From the NCBI GenBank assembly GCA_000320545.1, contig ADNK01001136.1, forward strand, positions 1 to 47,272: a DNA stretch of 47,272 nucleotides, written 5' to 3'. Position numbers and translations under genes: made by a program. This document shows, in pieces, positions 36,490-45,741 of the stretch. The notes beneath the pieces were generated by a model. That model saw only the letters and a program-made list of their open reading frames with translations, was not told where the DNA came from and did no database searches. This DNA is from Bigelowiella natans CCMP2755 (lineage: Eukaryota; Protista; Cercozoa). Numbering within the stretch: position 1 is the first letter of the stretch; every line of letters begins with the position of its first letter.

Positions 36490-39400
36490 ATGGCTCCTCA
36501 GAACGACGAAAAATCCGTTGAATGGCCACTGGATTCAAACACTGGGAGCCCTTTGCCGCCATTTGATCTTCCTGTATCGAATCACGGGATGTTTTCGTCT
36601 GTGGCGGTAGTACACTACGGGGGAGGAGGAGGGGAAAATAGCGGGATTAGAACATCTGAGAATATCGACGAAGGAGAGCAATACACCTTCCTCCTCAAGC
36701 ATTTTGATCTTCCTGTATCGGAACACGGGGTGTTTCTGTCAGTGGCGGTAGTACACTAAAGAAGGAGGAGGCGGGGGGGGAGGAGGGGAATATAGCGGGA
36801 TTAGAACATCTGAGAATATCGACGAAGGAGAGCAATACACCTTCCTCCTCAAGCATTTTGAGCTCCATTTTTTTTCATCATCAGGGTGGGCACGGCGGTC
36901 GCTCAGGGAAGGCAGAAGCTCGTCACAGCAGAGCTTTCCGCACATCGAATGGAGGCAACGCTGTCTTTACATTCATCGACCAGAGCAACGACAAAGAGCC
37001 ATCTTCTTCAAGTTCCAATCCGATCACTAGGGATAAATCGGGAGAATCTTCCTCCAGCACTCAAGATCAAATCGAATGGACGAAATATAAGGCAGATATC
37101 GACCGTATAAATCGCACAATCTGTGCAACGAGGGTTGACAAAAGTAGGCAAAAAATACGTAGACCAGTGCAACTATTCAGAAACGGACAGTTTAACTCTA
37201 ACATTAAGAAACACTTGAAAACGGCTTACAAAATTCTTGAAGGGAAGACCGGCTTTGATCGTTTTATTGAGAACGAGATAGAACGTATTCGAAAAATAGC
37301 AAACGAGTTAAAAATGCGTGAGCAAGAAGAAACAAAAGAATTCGTTCCACCTCCAATGGAAAGAAACAAAACCATTGAAGATGGGAACAGGGTTACTCTT
37401 GATTTCACGGCATCTCTTTCAAAGGAATTAGTTTCTGAGATAGAACGAAAATACACCAAATCCGAATCCAATAAACAAATAGCTGAGAAAAAGTTCAGTA
37501 CAGCAATACATACCAAGCTAATGAGAGAAAGCTCCAATATGGATGACTTTTTGTTAATCTGCGGACCTCTTCAGGAGATGGATGAATCCAAAGGCCGAAA
37601 ATGGCATTTCACACTAATGTTCGAAAAGCCTTACTACAATGACAATAACGATACTGATCATAAAACTATAGGCAATCTTGAAGATTTTACCAAAGAAGCA
37701 TTCAAAACAATTTTGGATATAGATATTGGACGCATTGTAAATAAAGCTGGCAGCATCATATTGCAGATTCCAGTTAAAGGCCATGATATACTCACCTTCG
37801 TGAAAAAACGGCTCGCCTTCCGAAAATTCTTCATCGAGAAAAGCCACGGTACAAGCATTATCTATTATGAGTTTTGCATCAACAAATCAGATGAGTTAAT
37901 ATGATTTTGTCGCGAAGTTATCAACAACTATTCCCCATGACTCCTCTCTATGAATACACAATCTGCCTTGCGATCTACGAAAGAAAAAAAGTTCGTTTTT
38001 TCTCCAATTATAATGTAATCTTCTGATAAATTCGGTAAACCAGGCGACGATGATATGGTACCTACAATGAGCTTGGTAAGGCAAGAAACCATTTCGATAG
38101 AATCGTTTCCAAAGAAATACAGATTCAAGGTGATTTGTCGATCCCGAGAGGCTGCGGATTTCATCATCAACAACATGAAGAAGGACCTGGGGATATGGAG
38201 ACATTTCACGATTCAGGTTAAAGAATGGTCTAAATTTATGCAGTTTTTACGCTAAGAGTAATATTTTGAAATTAGGATGTGCTTTGTAACAACAAGAAGA
38301 TCAGAATCGATGGAAGCACACCCCTCCACCATGCTGCTAAAAATAATCATATTGATGCGGCGCGGTACCTTGTGGAGAAGACCAACGCCAACATCGAGGC
38401 TGAGGATAACGCTGGACGCACGCCCCTCCATTGTGCTGCTGAAAATAATCATGTTGATGTGATGCGGTATCTTGTGCAGAAGGCCAAAGCCAGCGTCGAA
38501 GCTGAGGATGAATATGGATTCACGCCCCTCCATTATGCTACTGAAAACAATCATATTGAGGCGGTGCGGTACCTTGTGGGGACGGCAAAGGCCGACATCG
38601 AAGCTGAGGACAACATTAGATACAAACCCCTCCACCTTGCTGCTGAAAATGGTTATATTGATGTGATGCGGTATCTTGTGCAGAAGGCCAAAGCCAGCGT
38701 CGAAGCTGAGGATGAATATGGATACACGCCCCTCCATCACGCTGCTGAAAACAATCATCTTGAGGCGGTGCGGTATCTTGTGGGGACGGCAAAGGCCAAC
38801 ATCGAAGCTGAGGACAACGATGAAAACACACCCCTCCACCGTGCTGCTAAAGAGAATCGTATAGATGTGATGCGGTACCTTGTGGAGAGGGCAAACGCTA
38901 ACATCGAGGCTGAGAACAAGAATGGATACACGCCCCTCTACCGTGCTGCTAAATGTAATCATGTTGATGTGATGCGGTATCTTGTGGAGAAGGCAAACGC
39001 CAACGTCGAGGCTAAGGATAACGAGAGATGCACGCCGCTTCACTGTGCTGCTGAAAATAATCATGTTGATGCGGTTCGGTACCTTGTGGAGAGGGCCAAC
39101 GCCAACACCGAAACTGAGGATAAATACAGATGGACACCTCTCCACTTCGCTGCTGCTAGAAATAATAACATTGATGCGGTGCAGTACCTTGTGGAGAAGG
39201 CCGCCAACATCGAGGCTAAGGATTACCATGGATACACACCCCTCCACCGTGCTGCTGAAATTGGTCATATTGATGTGGTGCGGTACCTCGTGGAAAAGGC
39301 CGCCAACATCGAGGCTGAGGATAACGATGGATGCACACCCCTCCACCATGCTGCTATTAATGGTTATGTAAATGCGGTGCGGTATCTTGTGGAGAAGGCC

Positions 39401-40351
39401 AAAGCCAACATCGAGGCTGAGGAACACGATGGATGCACGCCGCTCCACCGCACTGCTATTAATGGTGATGTTGATGCGGTGCGGTACCTTGTGGAGAGCA
39501 ACGCCAACGTCGAGGCTAAGGATTACCATGGATGCACACCCCTTCATCGTGCTGCAATAAATGATCACATTGATGCGGTTCGATACCTTGTGGAGGAGGC
39601 CAACGCCAACGTTGAAGCCGAGGATGTCAAAGCATACACACCCCTCCACTATGCTGCCGAAGATAACCACATGGATGTGGTGCGGTACCTTGTGGAGACG
39701 GCAAACGCCAACATCGAGGCTGAGGATAACGATGGATGCACGCCGCTCCACTGTGCTACTGAAACCAATCAAATTGATGCGATGGGGTACCTTGTGGAGA
39801 GGGCCAACGCCAACGTCAAGGCCAAGAACAAGAATAGGTGCACACCTCTACACTGCGCTGTTAAAGAAAATCATATCGATGCGGTGCGGTATCTTGTGCA
39901 GAAGGCCAAAGCCAGCGTCGAAGCTGAGGGTGAATATGGATTTACGCCCCTCCATTACGCTGCTGAAAATAATTATGTTCAGGCGGTGCGGTACCTTGTG
40001 GGTACGGCAAAGGCCGACATCGAAGCTGAGGACAACGATAAAGACACACCCCTCCACCATGCTGCTAGAAATAATCATATTGATGTGATGCGGTACCTTG
40101 TGGAGAGGGCCAACGCCAACATCGAGGCCAAGAACAAGAATGGGTGCGCACCCCTACACTGTGCTGCTAAAAAAAATCATACCGATGCGGTGCGGTACCT
40201 TGTGGAGAAGGCCAAAGCCAACATTGAGGCCAAGAATAATACTGGAAGAACACCACTTAATGTTGCCTTTGGACAGGAGACCAAAATGCTTTTGCAAGAG
40301 GTGACTCTTATCATTGTCTTCTTTCTATCGATTGGAGTGTCTTATTGCTGA
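36490..40351 (+). CDS. Ankyrin-repeat protein with a long uncharacterised N-terminal region; may continue into the caspase-like gene
   Basis: ATG at 36490 (MAPQNDEK...FSSVA) can splice in phase to the 36858-37904 ORF. The acceptor at 38275 opens a ~2-kb exon with 19 full ANK repeats (e.g. GRTPLHCAAENNHVDVMRYLVQKAKASVEAEDEY) plus a capping repeat. Linking exons at 37895-38275 are ambiguous. Confidence 0.75.
36560..36853. repeat. Tandem duplication, units of 140 and 154 bp
   Basis: 36560-36699 and 36700-36853 share GATCTTCCTGTATCG...GTGGCGGTAGTACACTA...ATAGCGGGATTAGAACATCTGAGAATATCGACGAAGGAGAGCAATACACCTTCCTCCTCAAG. Confidence 0.92.
38312..40290 (+). repeat. Coding tandem array of ankyrin repeats (99-102 bp units)
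   Basis: 20 TPL-type motifs in one exon. The near-identical DNA block GCGGTATCTTGTGCAGAAGGCCAAAGCCAGCGTCGAAGCTGAGG occurs at 38464, 38668 and 39886. Confidence 0.95.
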
Positions 40352-40733
40352 TTATAACAACGCAACAGGCCATTCGCGCACGGGAAAACATGCTTGAAGA
40401 GGGTGAAAAGAAATCAACAGCTGAAAATGTGAGCAAGGGAGAGGATGAAAGAGGAGCATAAAGAGAATTATAATCAGATTTTATGTTGATATGGAAGCTT
40501 ATCAGTAGTTCGCTCTCCTCTGAAGTGGCTAGACGGTCTACTGATCATGCTCTTTGTCCCTTTCTTCTTTATAGATGTCGATGCTACTTCCCACTCTAAA
40601 GCTACCAGTGACTCTTCGTTCAAGCATTCATTCAAGCAGAGCCTACGCTCGGATCCAAAAGAGCGAGGAGATCTTATACGAGTTAGTCGTTACTTACAAC
40701 ACAAAAGAGAAGAGGAAGAGGGAGGGAGAAGGG

Positions 40734-40764
<31 letters not shown>

Positions 40765-41477
40765 TGTGAAGCCTCTATACTATGTTTTTCAATAAACATC
40801 ATGCAACGATTTTATCCATTTTATTCCATTACAATTCAATTTTGCTAGAGGTGAAGCGAGGCCTTCGAAAACGGAAGCTCTTCCAATTGGAGGTATTTTG
40901 CACACGTGATATTTGTGCCGTAGTTCCATTTCGCAGAACTTAAGAGTATGTATTCACACATAGAGCAACCGACTGATTACATATTTTGCGTCAGAGAAAT
41001 TGAAACGAGAAGACCTTCTAAGGCTACCAGTCACTGTCCTTGTTGACGCAATAATGGAACGGTTCTCTCCGAAATTACATTTTACATATTGATAGGATTG
41101 ATATGGTTGAATGAAGCAAGCCTTTATGTGACCTATTTTTGCAACACGATCAGAGCATGAATGAGTAGAAGTCAACCATATTTTTGTTTTCCCCAATATA
41201 ATTGAAAATTAATCTTATACACGTAATATCTGTTTTTGCTGTTCACCACCAAATTTTACGGCCTTAAAAGTGAAGAACAGATCGAACAGATCGATGAATT
41301 TCAACTGAAATTGGGCGTGGCTCTTGGGAAATTAAAAAAGTTTCATCAAAAGCTACAAAAGAAAATGCCTGTTGAGTTTGCACAAGTTGCACAGTCTATG
41401 ATGACTTCGGTATCCGATCTAACCATTTTTTCAATTATGACAAAACTACACGAGTCTTGCATATGTGAAATGCTGCT

Positions 41478-43390
41478 ATGGTATTTTTCGTGAGAATTAT
41501 TATCTTCATAAGATGTCCATGGTCGCAGATAAAGAATGAAGAACATTCACCTTCATATTCGAATCCGTTGAAGAAGCGCAATCGCTCTGAGCTAAACACA
41601 TTTTCCGGGTCTCCATATTCATGGCTGTTTCCGACGGGCCAAAAACGGCAGCGTAGGGTGCGTTGTTCAGAAAAACACAGTATACGCATAGGACATCATT
41701 GCGATGTGATATGTTCTCAGGTGGGAGGGGAACACATCGTTATGATCAAGGAATTGAATCCGGACGATTATAAAGACGTTCGAAACAACAACACGTACCT
41801 TTGGATAAACGGGGAACATCGCATGAAGGACATCGTTCGAGTCTTCAAGCCTATCAAGAGCGAGCTTGCTGCACAATACGACTACGATAGGACAGTGGAG
41901 TTGCATGGAGAGGCTGATGAGAAGCTGAAAGTAAAGTTTGCACGGTCTGATAATGGAACCGTGAGGATACAGCAAAAACCTAAGGAACCCGCCACCATTA
42001 ATCTCAGCGGAACGATCTTCCTCAAAAGCAACTTCCCCATTGAGAAGCTAGAGCTATTAGATAAGGACATGAAGCCCATCAAGAACAAAGTGTATCAACG
42101 TTTGCTGCATCATGAGCCACTGAGGCAGCAGCATCAGCATCTCGATGTCGCTAAATACAAACGATCTTCGCAACTTACCAAAAAGCCTAGATTATCGTCT
42201 AAATCACCGTCGAATACTATCCCCGCATCGATACGTAAAACGGAGGGACATTCTCTTGGAATTGTTGATAACTCACCAATGGAAACGGAAACAACGTCTC
42301 AGGAGAGTGGGAAAATTGAGAAACACTTTCCGAAAAAGCCACACCGTAAAGGGTTCGAAAAGGCAATCAAGGAAATGAAAAAGATCGCAGTAGTGAGACC
42401 TAGCAAAAAGCCGGAGCCTGTTATTACCCACAAGTTTGCATTGATAATCGGTAATGGAAACTACAGCATGTGCTCGTTGGGATCAAACCCTGTTAACGAT
42501 GCACAAGCCATGAGGAATGAATTTGAATCTGAGTACGGTTACACGGTCTTCTATCATGAAAACCTGACAAGTCAGGGTATGAAGAAAGCTCTTTACGAAT
42601 TTGGAGAAGCCCTCTGCCAACATAAAGGCAATTCTCTAGCAGTTGTATTTTTCGCCGGCCATGGTATCCAAACAGCAATTGGGGACGAGGTCGATGATTT
42701 TCTACTGGGTATTGATTGCAACTTTGCGCATGAAAGGTAGAGAGGTTACTGCCTTCTCGATTATCATTTAAATAACTCCATTTTCCTGTTTTAGGGAACT
42801 GATAAGGAAAGAACTATGTGTTAAAGCTATAGTTGACGAATTGGATGCAGCAGAAGTCTCGATGGCGATTCTGGTGCTAGATTGTAATCGTGATTCTTCA
42901 GGTATTTGGATACATAAATCATCAACCATCTCTCAAACAACACAGTTATGATCTACTATTATGTTAGGATTACCAGGCTCAAAGGTAAGTAAGAATCGTT
43001 CATTGACGAGAAGTGGTTTGGAGATTCCAAAGGAAGAGTTACAAAGATGCATGATATTCTACGCTTGCCAACCAGGTAAATTTATCTTTGGTAACACAAA
43101 AGATTCTTGGGCCGAAGGATGGTTAAATGGTGTGTGTCACATATGTGTCAGGCGAGGTAGCTGGAAATGGAGAGAACCAACATGGACTGTTCACCGAATC
43201 ATTGATGTTAGCCCTTAGAAGCCAGAGGAAAAATTGTAGGCATTCTCCAAGATTCATCGATCTCTTAAATGACGCTGCAAAATTGATGAAAGATCGAGAA
43301 CAGATACCTGCTTTTGAAATAATGCCGCTACCTGGCACAAGCACTGACATTTGCATTGATGGAACCCTCTACAAAGACTGGTACAAATGA
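41478..43390 (+). CDS. Caspase-like (peptidase C14, ortho/paracaspase-like) domain protein; 5' end unresolved
   Basis: KFALIIGNGNY...NPVNDAQAM...GYTV...NLT...M..AL..F...AVVFFAGHG (His 42660-42662). In-frame exons 42795-42901 (AILVLDCNR), 42968-43075 (RSLTRSGL...MIFYACQPG) and 43152-43390 (GNGENQHGLFTESL...EQIP) complete p20- and p10-like parts. Confidence 0.85.
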
Positions 43391-43712
43391 GAGCTGAGAA
43401 GTCACAAGCACGCTGACACAGTGGAACGATGTAGAGAAGTAATTGCCTTCCACATGCACACATTTGTGATCATCATGTGGCAACCAACATGCGCTCCTTC
43501 ATGCCAACCAGCGACAAACACCATGCACGATGTTGTCACGTAGCAGACTGCTTGTCCATGTGCAATTGCCACATGAACGCTACACGCACTGCGTGGCATC
43601 GACGACAGGACATGGATGCTTCAAAAATGCATACTTCACGCGATGGCAGAGACAAATAAACACAACATGAGCTTTGTAACCATAACCGCTGCTTCGTACT
43701 GGTACATTAGAA

Positions 43713-43808
43713 TGACCATTGAAAGATTATGAGACGGATGTAATGAGATGTTTAAATTTTTTCAATGGTATAACTATGACCATTGAAAGATTATAGACAC
43801 ATGTAATA
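43713..43808 (+). repeat. Dispersed element X, copy 4, with inverted ends and an adjacent partial tandem copy
   Basis: TGACCATTGAAAGATTATGAGACGGATGTAATGAGATGTTTAAATTTTTTCAATGGTA (43713-43770), then TGACCATTGAAAGATTATAGACACATGTAAT from ~43777. Confidence 0.8.
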
Positions 43809-44328
43809 CCATATATATACAATATATATGATGTTACTGTGTCTATTATAAGTATAGCTCTACCATATATATACTATATATATGATATTACTGTGTCTAT
43901 ATTATTGTAAAGGATTTGTTCAGTTTCATCTACGGAGCATGGAAACAATTAGAAGGTCGCTATATCGCGAGCGCTATAGCCGCTACTTTGCATAGATGGC
44001 TGTACATATTAGGATGAAGAACTCGCACAGCAAAGAAATCACGCACATATTAGGATGACTATCGTACGTTGAAAAGATTTAATCACTTTATTACATCGCT
44101 AGCAACCGTCTAAATCATTGTTACTGGTGTCTGCCGTCTCTTATTATTACGTCTAGAAGTGAGCTCGGCACCACCAGCTTCTACCTGCTTGCACAAAAAT
44201 TATTTCAAACTTTTCTACGTACGGTCTAGTCTTCATGAGTGTCGTTGGAACCATTGTGTATGAGCGCATCCCCAATTAATCCCACGAGTGTCATTATCAT
44301 GACAGCTAGATAGCCTGCATCGCAGCTA

Positions 44329-44951
44329 CTAAAAAGCGAGCAACATGGTAAGAACTAATGCGAGAAGCGCAGCAGAAATGATGCTTCCAATTGCATGGCC
44401 GGGCCCTATATGATCTGCGCAATTATAATAGTCATCTTTCCCTACTTCTTTCTTCTCAGCTTCCTTTCGCCATAAGTAGGCAGATCGGGCATCTATCATT
44501 GTGAATACCGTTTGAACGGAGAATAAAGTTATCAGCTTTCGATCAACGGGATCGAATCCTTCGATGGCACCTGCGTTCGATGTATTGCGACGTTTATTGC
44601 ATGCAACACAATAATATCTACCACTATAACATCATTATAACAGAAGCGGCGAGAGAATAATTCTGAGACGCTGGTGAGCGTCATATCACGAGAACATGAA
44701 GGACGAAAGTCAACTGTATTACCGGAAATAGAACTAATAAGAAGTGCAACCATCCAAAGTAATGTGAGTACGACGTAAGAGTTGGCCAGTGCAAATGGAG
44801 GGAAGGATCTTCGTATTAGCGTGGCAAATGCCCAGATCGAAATACTGATATCAGCGACAGCCACGAAGATGGTGCAACCTCTAACTGCAGTCAGCTTCTG
44901 ATATCTTATGCTTTCGTTCAGAGTTAATGCGTCGAAAATGATGTTCAGATT
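44329..44951 (-). CDS. Putative multi-pass (about 4 TM) membrane protein; first exon not found
   Basis: Exons 44951-44723 and 44570-44329 splice in phase (G|GTAATA...CAG|GT) into ~157 open codons with hydrophobic segments TIFVAVADISISIWAFATLI, YVVLTLLWMVALLISSI, LITLFSVQTVFTMI and AIGSIISAALLALVLTMLLAF. No family recognised. Confidence 0.42.
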
Positions 44952-45046
44952 CTGCTCGTAATTTCAGAAGGGGGGCTAGGGGGGGACACAGAATCAGAAA
45001 TATTTGTAAACTGTACGAGTTCTTTTTAGTTTTAAGGATCAAGACA

Positions 45047-45720
45047 TCCTTGCAACGAGTGTTGTTGAGGCTCTGCTGCATGCAAACGCCTGTCTCCCAT
45101 GTGGTTCTGGCGCATGTAGATTTTATCAACGCTTTGTTCATTGTGCATTGTTCATTGTTCATTGCTCGCAATGTTTAAGCTGAATGCATGCTCTAGATGC
45201 TGCATGCATTCGCTTGTTGTCTCCCCATGTGGTTCCACATGCGCATGCAGTAGATGTGCATCAATGCTTTGTTCATTGTTCAGTGTTCATTGCTCATCAT
45301 CATCAACAGGCTAGCAGGGTGCTGCCAAGTCCTCGCAATGGCATTTTTTTGAAGGCGCAGCTTCGTCTAGCTAGCCAGTTCGTGCTGGCAACGTGGATTC
45401 GTGTGCGATGCAAACTCACACACAGGGGCAAGCTAGCAAGCGTGTCAAGCTGTCAAGGTGCATGTGTGAACGGTGCTGGTGTTCCTTGCAAGCATGCCAG
45501 CATGCACGCTGGCACGTGCAGAGACTCAAGTCTTTGTGCTCCTCAATTTCAGACAATGCATTCAGTGCTGACGTTCTTGTTGGTTGCGCGATTCCATGAT
45601 TGCAAGCAATGCCAGAATGACAAAGACAACAAATAGCATCTGTGCGTGCACGAGCAGTCATTGCTTTGCCTCTCATCTAGCACTCTCTAGCTAGCTCTGT
45701 CAAATCTCAAGCTTTTGTCG
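45047..45720. repeat. Degenerate interspersed repeat block (family Y), second locus
   Basis: 45047-45170 aligns with 7753-7865. 45301-45345 (CAACAGGCTAGCAGGGTGCTGCCAAGTCCTCGCAATG) aligns with 8066-8102. Rich in CTAG and TGCA. Confidence 0.78.
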
Positions 45721-45741
45721 CGCGCCTGTTGCATGCATGCA

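Noticed and set aside
38252-39772. 506-aa antisense ORF
   Set aside because: It is the mirror of the ankyrin array; its periodic hydrophobic pattern comes from the sense-strand repeats and codon bias.
38312-40290. CRISPR-like periodic repeats
   Set aside because: Units are 99-102 bp, in frame and encode ankyrin repeats; there is no repeat-spacer structure and no cas genes.
33825-44300. Endogenous virus/virophage or autonomous transposon origin for the intron-poor island
   Set aside because: No capsid, packaging ATPase, integrase, transposase or reverse transcriptase motifs and no long terminal repeats were seen; the genes contain spliceosomal introns.
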